Below, piece by piece: positions 52,391 to 64,000 of a DNA stretch of 64,000 nucleotides. How positions within the stretch are numbered: position 1 is the first letter of the stretch; each line of letters begins with the position of its first letter. Below the pieces are notes generated by a model. That model made no database searches, was not told the DNA's origin, and saw only the letters and a program-made list of their open reading frames with translations. Origin of the DNA: Octopus vulgaris (Eukaryota); the NCBI GenBank assembly GCA_951406725.2, contig OX597831.1, positions 23,808,001 to 23,872,000 of the forward strand, given 5' to 3'. The position numbers and the translations under genes are program-made.

Positions 52391-53704
52391 AAAAAGAAAC
52401 CGACTTCATTTTAGTGAATTTTCTGTTTTGCTGTTCTCTCTCAAGAGGAGAGGGTGGGGTTGTTTTGCAAAATCGTATTACTTGGAAAGAAAAAAGAAAA
52501 AGTGAAATGGACGTTTGAGAAGAAATAATATTTACTTCTCAGAAATGCAGTGCAATGCAGAAAGTGAAAGAGTGTGTATATGGAAAAAATTGAGAGAGAA
52601 AGGCAATATGATGAATAGTTGAAGCTGCTGTCATACAAGTAACTCTACCGTAGTAACTATGACAATGAATAAGCAACGTCAGAGAGTGAAAAAATCTGTG
52701 TCGTCTCCATCTAATTCATTAGGAAAAATCAACAACAATAGTGGTAATGAAGACAACAACAGCAACAACATGAACAACAATGATAGAAGAATGGAAATTT
52801 CGTTTGTGGCTATAATGAGCGGTGACTGGATTAAATAGTCACTTGACCCCATGCAAGTATATGTAAGACAATATAAATGTAATATTACACTCCTGGGATT
52901 CCTGGGACTTCTTGTCACTAAGATACAAAGCAACCAGAAAAAATATATTGTTTATAAAAGTATGAACAAAACATAAAGGAAACTAGACCAGCACTAGTCG
53001 AAAAGTATCTGCAAGAAGTCTAGTCCACTGTATAGTCTTTTCTACTCTAGGCACAAGGCCTGAAATTTTGGAGGAAGGGGCCAGTCTATTAGATCAATGT
53101 CAGTACACAACTGGTACTTAATTTATTGACCATGAAAGGATGAAAAGCAAAGTCAACCCCTATTGAAAAAAGGCAAACAGGACAGTTACTGTTATGTAGT
53201 TAAAGATTTGTTTGACAAATTCAGCATATGTTTTAGTTGATCCTTTATTTATGAGAATAAAGCAGTTAGCGCTGTAATTCTTGCCTTCGTTTGTGGTTAT
53301 AATAAGCAGCGACTTGATTAAATAGTCACTTGACCTCATGAAAGTATATGTAAGGCAATATAAATGTATTATTACACACCTGAGATTCCTGGAACTTCCA
53401 GTCACTAAGATACAAAGCAACCAGAAAAAGAAAAAATATTGTTTATAAAAGTATGAACAAAATACAAGTAAAAAAGTACCTTCGCTAAGGCAAAGGTAAT
53501 AATGGTTTCAAATTTTGCCACAAGGACAGCCATTTTGGGAGAGAGGATAAGTCGATTACATCTATCCCAGTGTTTTATTGGTACTTAATTTATCGACCTT
53601 GAAAGGATGAAAGGCAAAGTCAAACTCAGAATTCAGAACGTAGCGACAGATGAAATACCGCTGACCATTTCACTTGGCATGCTAATGATTCTGCCAGGTT
53701 GCCA

Positions 53705-53735
<31 letters not shown>

Positions 53736-53873
53736 GATAATAATAATAATAATAATAATAATGATACCAGTTGAAGACACACAAGATGTCAAAATATCGT
53801 TCACTAGACAACAATGGCACTCTTCATTTAATTTTGACTTTATATCTTCAGGAGGAGTTACCTCAATCCTTTC

Positions 53874-53906
<33 letters not shown>

Positions 53907-53932
53907 TATTATTATTATTATTATTATTATTA

Positions 53933-53988
<56 letters not shown>

Positions 53989-54780
53989 TCCAATTTAGGC
54001 ACAAGTTTGGAGAGGAAGGGGTAACTTGACACCATAGACCCCTGTACTTAAATGGTACTTTATTTTACAGACTCTTAAGGGCAATGTTGACCCCGGTAGG
54101 ATTTGAAGTCAGAACAAAGTAATTTAACTAAATATCGCAAAGTGTAAATTTTCTTTTTCCATTTTGTTTCTTTTTTTTTTTCGTTTTTTTATGCATTATC
54201 GTTTCTGTCAATTCTTAACCAATAAAAACAATATTGATTGTTTTGTGCATTGGTTTAAAAATCAAACATTTTTTTTAAAGGAAGAGTATAGGCTTTTTAA
54301 TTGACCCTCACACTTCTCAAGTATTAGTGATTGATGTTTTATTGATTTAGCTACCAAGACATGAAAAAAAAAATAAATAAATAAATTGCTCCCAGCAAAA
54401 ATTGAACTTAGAACATAGCCAAAAAAAAAATAATAAATGAATACAATTAGATATTTAGTCAACTGCATTATCAGTGCTTGCTGCTAGGCTTCCCAATCTT
54501 TGTGGTCATGCAATTAATTTAATCTCTCTCCTGTATTTGTCAGTTAATTATTTTACCATAAAGAAATTTAACTAAATACCAATGAGGCATTTAATCCATT
54601 GGTTTTCCAATTCTGCTGTCCACTAACATGCTACTATAACTACTACTACTATTACTGCTACTGCTGTTGTTGTTGTTGTTAAGCAACAAGATGCGTAAGG
54701 GTGATTAGGTGATGGTCTAGAGCTTAGGGGTGGGAGACCCCACACCTTGGGAAAAAAAAACTTCGGTCGTCTTGTTGTAG

Positions 54781-54856
54781 TCGAGGGATCTTCGTTGACG
54801 CCCTACACCACTGGGAGGTGGCCCTCGAAGTCGCTGGAAATGGAAATCTCCAGGAC
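54781..54856 (-). ncRNA. putative HDV-like ribozyme
   Basis: P1 GUCCUG/UAGGGC, P2 UCGAGGG/CCCUCGA, P3 ACC/GGU, L3 UCCCAGU, J4/2 CGAA, in the nested double-pseudoknot order. Confidence 0.55.
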
Positions 54857-55237
54857 CAAATTCTTGAACGGCTGCTGCTACTACTACTACTACTAATAAT
54901 AATAATTTCATTTCTGGCCGAAATAAGATTAAGATTAATGTAAAAATAAATAACACTAAGCTAACACCAAATATATAGTGCGTGTGTTTTTATAAACTGA
55001 CAATATGACCATTCCGAAATATAACAATAATAATTTCATTAATCTGGAAGTGATGAAAGCCAAAGTTGACCTTGGTGGAATTTGGATTCAGCATTTTGTA
55101 GAGAATGGTAGCGATTCCGCCAGCTCACAGCATTAACAACAACAATAATAATAATAATGTCAAATTTTGGTACAGTGGTAGTAATTTTTTAGGGTAACAG
55201 AAGTATATTACATCGACCTCAGTACTTGACTGGTACT

Positions 55238-55570
55238 TGTTTTCAGTCATGTTTGTTTGTTTGTTTGGCTGTGGACTAGATTTCTCAAAAACCGTTGTAT
55301 GGATTAGGATGAAACTTTCAAGAATGTTTTACCTCATGACTAGCATGAACAGATTAGATTTTGGGATCGATCCAATAGCAGGCAAGGATTCCGGATTATT
55401 TTTCTGGTATTTTTACTCGATTTTTGAGAGCAGTCGGGTTCATTTTTAGTATTCTTGTTAGTGAGATCAGTCGAGCTTATTTCAGATTTTAAAAATGATC
55501 TCTAGCTAATCATTGACAGTACATTGGTGTTGCCTTGGCAAAGGTTTATGCTCTCTGAGTGCTCTTGTTA
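55238..55570 (+). mobile_element. Helentron-associated (HINE/DINE-like) element, 5'-truncated
   Basis: (GTTT)n-...TCTCAAAAAC...GATGAAACTTT body; 3' end GCCTTGGCAAAGGTTTATGCTCTCTGAGTGCTCTTGTT. Confidence 0.6.
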
Positions 55571-56607
55571 TTATTATTATTATCATTATAATATGCAAAA
55601 AAGAAGAGTGCCATTGTTATCAAGTGAACGATATTTCGACATCCCATGTGTTTTCCACAGGTTCCACACACATATTTATATGTATGTATATGTGTATGTG
55701 CATGTGTGTCTGGGTGTTTGTGTCTGTTTGTGTATACTCAACAGTTTTTTGAAGACTTATTGTATATCGTTGATTCTATAATTAAAACTAATAAAATAAA
55801 AAATCTTTTTAGCAATTCTTCAAAATATCTCCATATATCCAATTAGATTTATTATCGAATTTCAGTAGGCAAAATTAATAAGATTGCAGCAGAGGCTTTT
55901 CTACCCTTCCCTTATCTCAGGAAAACAGTAAGTATTCATAAATTCCTGGTCTCTGCCACATTGTCAGATCCTTAATAATGCAATTATCACCAGACGAGCC
56001 AAATGTAAATCGACTTCTTTTCTTTTCAATTTTTGTTTGTTCAGAAGTGAAGTGCTCTCACTTCTATGAATTACTAGTGAAGACTATTATAATAGCCTAA
56101 GAACATGTCCATCTTATATCTAACATTATTAAAGACGTACAATTGTCGCAATATATTGAATGGATGACGTTGTTATGTAAAAGCCCTCTCCTAATCAACA
56201 GTTATTGAAGAAAATATCATTCACAAGAATTTTCGTAATAACTTTGAAATGACTTTGTGTCGTAACACTTGCTGTAATTTCTCTGTGATGGCTTTTGTAT
56301 GAAACTAATAAGAATTTAACCCTTACACTGGGTATGATACCCTTTCTTTCTGTATGCGGTAGACTCTGTGGATACAGCATTGCAGCTACTGCTGCTGCTA
56401 CTACTACTACTACTACTACTGCTGCTGCTGCTACAACTACTACTTCTTCGTCTCCTCCTCCTCCTCCTCTGCTTTCCTTCCTCCTCCTTCTCCCTCTCTT
56501 TCATTCATCTCCCTTCCTCTTTCTCTTTCGTTCACTCCTCCTCTCACCTTCTCCCTCCTCCTCTTCCTTCTTTTTTTCTTTTTCTTCTCCTTTTTCTTCT
56601 TCTTCCA

Positions 56608-56659
<52 letters not shown>

Positions 56660-56663
56660 ATTA

Positions 56664-56890
56664 TTAAATTGGTGAGCTGGCAGAATCGGTAGCACACCAG
56701 GCGAAATGCTTAGCAGTATTTCATCTGCCATTACGTTCTGAGTTCAAATTCCACCGAGGTCGACTTTGCCTTTCATCCTTTCAGGGTTGATAAATCAAGT
56801 ACCAGTTGAGTACTGGGGTTGGTGTAATCGACTGGCCCCCCTCCCTCTCCTCAAATTTCAGGCCATGTGCTTATAAGAGAAAGGATTATT
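56664..56890 (+). mobile_element. Meta-domain SINE with an (ATT)n tail inside (ATT)n
   Basis: GGTGAGCTGGCAGAATCGG head; tail TTTCAGGCC...GAAAGGATTATT. Confidence 0.85.
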
Positions 56891-56907
56891 ATTATTATTA
56901 TTATTAT

Positions 56908-57463
56908 TGAGTGAGCGAGCAGAGCATGCCATCAAAGTGACACTGGGGTAAAATATACGAGGCCCAGTATACCCATCATGAGAACCCGTCTGATAAAGGT
57001 ACACCAGGCACATGCATCACAACCATATGTGCGCGACATGGTGATCTCATATCAAGATAAACAGCACATGACCTTGCAGGTGGAGCCCAGTTAGAATTTT
57101 CTTCAGATCGAGTAACCCATCCCGTTCAAAAGGTCCCTGAATAAGGGTTGTTTAAGGACGTTGAACGAAACACCCATGTTTCCAGAGGTGAATTATTCAA
57201 ACCCCAAAGAATCCTTCTCAACACATGGCTATGATGCTCCCCCACTACTTCTGCTCGTGATCAGAGATGCACATATCGTCAGCCACTAAGGGACATGCTC
57301 AACTGGTTAAGGTCAACACAGCTGACAAGCAAATCTGTGGTATTGAGCAGAATATTTACTGTAGCCCATCTTTTATACCAAGACAAAACAATGTACATGA
57401 TAACACTTCCAATCAGTTAAGATCAGAAGCCATGAGAGCCACTGCCTGGTACTGCATCAGGGC

Positions 57464-57466
<3 letters not shown>
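56908..57466. mobile_element. second copy of the (TAA)n-inserted ~560-bp element
   Basis: Reverse complement of 3961-4514 with few substitutions. Confidence 0.85.
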
Positions 57467-57526
<60 letters not shown>

Positions 57527-57547
57527 CATAAAAGTAGTAAGCTGGCA

Positions 57548-57597
<50 letters not shown>

Positions 57598-57870
57598 CAT
57601 AAAAGTAGTAAGCTGGCAGAATCGTTAGCACGCCGGGTGAAATGCTTAGCGTTATTTCGTCTGCCACTACGTTTTTACCAATGAGTGTGTTAAATTATAA
57701 GGTACAAAAAGAAAATGACTCTTCCCATACACAACAGAATATGCTTCAACACACGAACTCAAATAAAGAATCTTGCAAACCAAGTCCACAAACGAAATAT
57801 ATTTATATATCGCCATGATAGATCGTTAGCCACAACACACATTTTTTCTCTCCTTGTTTTTTCTGTGTCC

Positions 57871-57906
57871 CTTTCTGTAGAAGAGCGTAGGCTCAAAACG
57901 TAAAAG
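57871..57906 (+). ncRNA. degenerate minimal hammerhead-like motif in a PLE-type remnant (~57810-57970)
   Basis: CUUU-CUGUAGA-A-GAGC-guag-GCUC-AAAA-CGUA-AAAG; the core is altered. Confidence 0.4.
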
Positions 57907-58871
57907 ACTTTTTGTATTCCTGAGCGTTATACTAATACATCTGTTTGTTTTGTACACCGCCTGTCTTCGTATATATATATACAATGGGCTTCTTTCAGTT
58001 TCCATCTACCAAATCTACTCACAAGGCTTTGGTCAGCTCAGGGCTATAGTAAAAGACACTTGCCCAAGGTGTCACACAGTGGGACTGAACCTGGAACTAT
58101 GTGGGTGGTACCCAAGCTTCTTACCCCACAGCTGATCACAAACAGAACGCTTATGATTGAATAAAGATCTGTTCAATCAGGCCAGATCTGGAACTAAACA
58201 TGCCAAACGTCGGTCATATGTACTTCATACTGGCATATTTTGAAGCTAATATTTTCTGCTTCTCATCAGTTTTCCTTCATTGATATATTCATATCAAGCC
58301 CCAAACTTATGTTTCTTATCAGATGCAGCATCCTATCTCATTTTGCTTCTTTTTATCTTTAGTATTTTTAATCTGTTGCATCTGGAATGTATCGTTTTAG
58401 CTGATTGTCTCAGCAATTTTCGTTCTTTCCCCATATCTTGTGTTTGTGTTAGCTATTATTTTCATTAATCATATATATATAATATACATTGCCATATTCG
58501 TATACCATTTCTATTGAAAACTTATTGTAAAATCTAATGATATATGAGCAAGAATGAAGGAGCTACTACGTGGTCACTTACGCTGCTAGATATAACTGCA
58601 AATTCATCCTCGTGATTTGCCTTGAAAGACAAAAATGGAAGAAAACAGCATTTTGTATAATGAAGTCCTGAATACACACAAAACCTACAAAAAATGATAA
58701 TGGATCTGTGGGATCATGATTGATCTGGGTCTAAGCAACATCAGCAGTGAGGAAGCCTCTGAAGAGGTGTCTTATCTGCTAGAAATAGTAGCCATATGCA
58801 TAATCACAGATACAGAAATTTAAACTTTAAGAAACACTTATGCAGTCTTATATGTATAAACTCACCAAATA

Positions 58872-59100
58872 CATGTGGCTGTGTGGTAAGAAATTAGTTC
58901 CTCAACTTCATGGTTCCAGGTTCAGAACCACTGTGTGGTACCTTGGGCAAGTGTTTTCTACTGTGGTATCAGACCAATCAAAGCCTTGTGAGTGAAATTG
59001 AGGGCTGGAAATTGAAAGAAGTCTGTCATATGTGTATGTGTGTGTGTGTTTTGTGTGTGTGTGTGTGTGTGTGTTTTGTGTGTGTGTGTATGTGTGTGTG

Positions 59101-59165
<65 letters not shown>

Positions 59166-59420
59166 TGTGTGAGTGTTTGTGACTTTGTGTCTATCTTTGT
59201 CCCCTGTCACTATTTGATAACTGGCATTGGTGTATTTCTGTCCCTGCAGCTTAGCAGCTTGGCAAAAGAGACTGATAGAATAAGTGCTAGGTTTAAAACA
59301 AAACAAAAACAAAAAATGACCAAAAGATCAAATTCCGGTGCTGATTCATTCAACTAAAATTCTTCAAGTGCCCCAGCATGGTCGCAGTCAAAATGACTGC
59401 AAAAGATAAAAAATAAAAGA
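58872..59420 (+). mobile_element. diverged OR-like CORE SINE with internal (GT)n
   Basis: Family head, CORE-like block and tail. Confidence 0.75.
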
Positions 59421-59444
59421 TTTATATATATAAATAATTGGTTT

Positions 59445-59838
59445 ATATTGGCATTGTGAGTTACACAAATACTAGAACTGTGCGCCACTGCATAGTGCCA
59501 AGGACTCCAAATTTGCCATCAAGATGTAGGACAAGATACTGCAATAGCCTGGGCTTCAGAGGTCCACAGCTCTTCAATATCCTCCTGAAGGACCTGAGAG
59601 ACCTGCATGGCATGGATGTAGATGTCTTCAAAATAAAGCTGGACCTCTTCCTGTCAAGTGTCCCAGATGAACCAACTTTGCAGTAGGAGGTGCAGATGAG
59701 GGCCGCTGCATCAAACTCTCTCGTGCACCAAATGTCAATTGCTAAAAAGCATTCGTGAAGTAAAATTATGTAGCAACTCCAAGTGGCAGTGCTCCAGCAT
59801 GGCCACAGCTCGTGAGCTGAAACTAGATGAAAAAAAAA
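59445..59838 (+). mobile_element. CR1-group LINE 3' end sharing its tail with the OR-like SINE
   Basis: RHCIVP...NSLGFRGPQLFNIL...FKIKLDLFLSSVPDEP...RAAASNSLVHQ*, then GGCAGTGCTCCAGCATGGCCACAG. Confidence 0.85.
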
Positions 59839-60994
59839 TACATGCACATATAGAATAAACCTTGCAATAAAGACACACGTAAACTCACATATATGCACAC
59901 ATAGAGAAACACACATGCACATTCATAAGCTTGCATGTATATCCACAGACTGAGAAACATTCATATATACCTGAAATTAGTGTTAGCTTATTAAATGCAG
60001 GGAAGATCAAAGAGCTAACAAAAAAAAAAAGCATTTATGTAACGAAGCGAAAAAAATGTAGCATTAGTCATTGCCTAATATTGTTTGAGTTCCAGAGGGA
60101 GAAAATACATGCATGCATGTACGCACACACACACACACACACATACAGAGGCTCATTCGTATATACATGAATTTGTGTGTTACATAGTCACTTAACATTA
60201 ATATTGTCACATACACACCTGTGCTATAATATAAAATCACTCAACAAAACCGCTCCATCTTGCATTCACACATATGCACACGCAAATATTATACAATGCT
60301 GTACACTAAGAAGATTACATACAAAGGACAGAATATGATTGCGAAGCAATCGAATACAAAGGTGCAGTAACTCATATAAAATATATTATTAATTGTAAAT
60401 ATAAAATTGCTTTAAGTACTTAATAAGTAGTTAGAACGATTTCTTTCTTGTTTTCATATAAGGGAATATTAACTTGTGAAGTTTTCATTTAATAATTATT
60501 ATTTAGAAGGAAGGAAAATAAAATATATAGGTTATTGTTAAACTAAAGTGTGTATTTAACCATTTTTTTTTTTTTCGTGAAATCTGTTTTGATTACAGGC
60601 GGAGAAATTGTTTTAGTCTTCAGCTTGGAAATAATGTTGAATGGTTCTGTTATTATGTGGAAAGTAGTTATCCAGTATGTATACGAAATGCACACATGAG
60701 TATGTGTATACAATCTGTTCGTGTATAATTACATACGCATATGCACACACATACAAACATATGTATTATACAAGAGTGTATGTTATGTATATATGTATAT
60801 GTTTCTTATATGTCTCAATATATACACAGACATATTATACACAGGGAGAGAGAGAGGGAGAGAGAGAGAATGAGAGCTGGTTATAATTTCATACAAAAGT
60901 TTTATTAAATTCTGCCTCAATGACTGAAAATTAATAATTGCTTCTGAGAAAAACAAGGAATACAAATATATATATTCACACCTTTTTGCTGATA

Positions 60995-61498
60995 GACACA
61001 CATACATACATACACACATACATACATAGATACATACACGCCCACACATGCATACATACACACACCCACACACATAAATACAGACATACTTATATACATA
61101 CATATACATACATATACATACATACTTATATACATACATACATACACACATATACATACATAAATACATACTTATATACATACACACATATACATACATA
61201 CATACAGACATACACACGCCCACACAAACATACATTCATACACACACCCACACACATATACATAAATACATACGCACATATACAATCATACATACATAGA
61301 TACACACACACATACATACATAGATACATACACACCCATACACACATCCACACACACACATACATACAGATACATACATACACATATACATGCATACATA
61401 CATACATCCATACACACATACATACACACATACATACATACATACATACATACATACATACATACACACATATACATACATATATACATACATACATA
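60995..61498. repeat. compound (CA)/(CATA)n microsatellite
   Basis: Direct inspection. Confidence 0.95.
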
Positions 61499-62074
61499 TT
61501 TGTTATTTGTTATTTCATATACAATTTCTATGGAAATTTCTTCATTCATTTCCAACAATATCAGTGAACTTGAATTTTTAAATTCTCAGTCTTTTTTTTT
61601 CTTTCTTTTTCTTTCTTCATTCTCCTTTGTATTTCTTTCTTTCTTTCTTTCTTTCTTACCTTTATTTATTCCTCTATTTAAAAATCAATCGCAACAACTT
61701 TATTTGCAAATAAAAGCATAATTATTTTCTAATTCCCAGACTTGCTAAAAAATAAAATGTTTTCTGAAAACTAAAGGACAAAAGAAAGAAAGAAAGAAAA
61801 AGAAGAAAGAGAAAGATAACAATGGTTTTGAAGAAATTTTTTTTGTGTCAATTAATTTGCAGCCTATGAATTAGCTGCTAAGAATTTAAATGTAAATAAT
61901 ATAAGACACAGGAATCATTCCAAGACAAAACAGAAAAACAGGCTTGACAGTACACAGACCATGTGTCTGTATTCAGTCACATGGTTTGTGTAAGTCCCAT
62001 GCATGATGGATTCACCATTGGCCTCACAAATCAGTACTCATGTTATTTAACCAACGAAATCCCTGTTCATGGAA

Positions 62075-63908
62075 TTTTTGCTGTGTGGTTAGGGAGCTTG
62101 CTTCCTAGCTACATGGTTTCAGGTTCAGTCCCACTGCGTGGCACTGGGTAGGTGTCTTCCGCTATAGCCCCGAGCCGACCGGAGCTTTGTGATTGAATTC
62201 GGTAGGTGGAAGTTACTGTCATGTGTGTATGTGTGTGTATAGCTGCTCAGTGCCTCTCCGAAAGAGAGAGAGAGGGCAGCGGAGTATTCCTCAGACTTAT
62301 TTACCATTTTAATGGAACTCTTAGTCATGCGGGCACATGGATTAGTGGTTAAGGCAGTGTTAATGGCGATGGTGATGTGTAATTTTTTATATTTAACCCT
62401 CTCTCTTCTGTTTCCATTTATCACTCTTACTCGCTCTTCCTTATTCTCCCATCTTTGTTTTTTTTTGTTTGTTCCTTCTTTGTAAGCTTAGTACTTATTC
62501 TATCGGTCTCTTAGGTCGAACCACTAAGTTACGTGGACATAAACACACCAACATTGGTTGTCAAGCGATGTTGGGAGGACAAACACAGACACACAAACAT
62601 ATACACACACACACACATATATATATATACATATATACGACGGGCTTCTTTCAATTTCTGTCTACCAAATCCACTCAGATGGCTTTGGTTGACCTGAGGC
62701 TATAGTAGAAGACACTTGCCCAAAGCGCCACGCTGTGGGACTGAACCCAGAACCATGTGGTTGGTAAACAAGCTACTTACCACACAGCCACTCATACGGT
62801 TGTACACTATAAAGTGACTAACAAATATACAGGGAGAATATAAAGCAAAGAAGACTCTTCAATCTTGCTATGTATAAAGTAACCTCCCTGGGGCTTGTTC
62901 TATGATAAACTGCAGCCAGTACCCTATGGTTAGTGAATGAACAGAGACAAAACACAGATTCCCTTAACTGCTCTCTAGTAATGGTACCACATTAAAAGGT
63001 TTATATTTTATAAAGTGGTTAGTCATAAGAACTGCACCTAGCCATAGAAATAGAAACCTTGCCACAGATGGAATGTATGAATGGGACAAGGTTAGGAAGG
63101 CCATAACCCCAAATAAAAACTGGGTTGACACATGATAACCCATCCAGCCATGCCAGAATAGTAAAGTGGATATAAAATGTTGATGATGGTGAGCATATAG
63201 TTAGTACTGTGTTTACACTTATGGTAACACAACAAAGAAGATGATAACTCATCATTTTTGAAAGGGAAAATTCCAGCTTACAGTATCCTGTCATTCAGTT
63301 TCACATTTTCAGATGGAATTGGTTACTAGACCAGATACTTCTCTCATTTCAAATTTTGGCACAAGGCCAGCAATTTTGAAATGAGTTAAGATGATTACAT
63401 CATCCCCAGTTTTTGACTGGTACTTCCTTCATCAAATCTTAAGAGGATAAAAGGCAAAGTCGACCATGACAGAATTTGAACTCAGAATGTGGAGATAGAT
63501 GAATTGCTCTTTTACTCTTTTACTTGTTTCAGTCATGTGACTGTGGCCATTCTGGAGCACCACCTTTAGTCGAGAAAATCAACTCCAGGACTTATTCTAT
63601 CAGTCTCTTTTGCCAAACTGCTAAGTTACAGGGACATAAATACACCAGCATCGGTTGTCAAGCGATATTGGGGGGGAACAAACACAGACACACAAACATA
63701 TACACACACATACATATCATCATCATCATATATATATATATATATATATACGATGGGCTTCTTTCAGTTTCCATCTACCAAATCCACTCACAAGAGTTTG
63801 TTGGCCCGAGGTTATAGTAGAAGACACTTGCCCAAGGTGCCACACTGTGGGACTGAACCTGGAACCATGTGATTCGTAAGCAACTTATTTACCACACAAC
63901 CACTCCTA
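62075..63908. mobile_element. SINE cluster: OR-like (+) 62075-62230, (-) 62472-62795, (-) 63508-63908 and Meta SINE (-) 63345-63500
   Basis: Family motifs as above. Confidence 0.75.
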
Positions 63909-64000
63909 CACACTTTCAGCATTGGTTTGATTTTTGAACTCCTCTCGCAGGAAACCATCAAGGTACTTGAAAAAGTGGTAGTCAGTAAGAGAAAAGTCTG

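Overview
AT-rich, microsatellite-dense eukaryotic non-coding DNA. The SINE/LINE families resemble those of octopus (inferred from recalled consensus motifs, not searched). No host protein-coding gene can be supported; almost all ORFs in the track are translated microsatellites or repeats. The window is a mosaic of tRNA-derived SINEs (CORE-type and Meta-domain-type), many 3' ends of an RTE LINE with internal tandem hairpin units, CR1-group LINE tails, a Penelope-like (PLE) ORF fragment, a decayed Chapaev3-type DNA transposon with TAA target duplication, a mariner remnant, piggyBac-type MITEs, Helentron-like (HINE) pieces and a 33-bp minisatellite. The most notable signal is a set of self-cleaving-ribozyme-like motifs. 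A tRNA-headed SINE ends in a minimal hammerhead-bearing tail; the same tail is fused to the Penelope ORF fragment, and both SINE copies carry a PLE-style inverted tail copy at their 5' end, suggesting a Penelope-mobilised, Pol III, hammerhead SINE. There are four further hammerhead-like PLE terminal remnants and a ~190-bp element with an HDV-like ribozyme fold. All folds were paired by eye and coordinates of decayed repeats are approximate.
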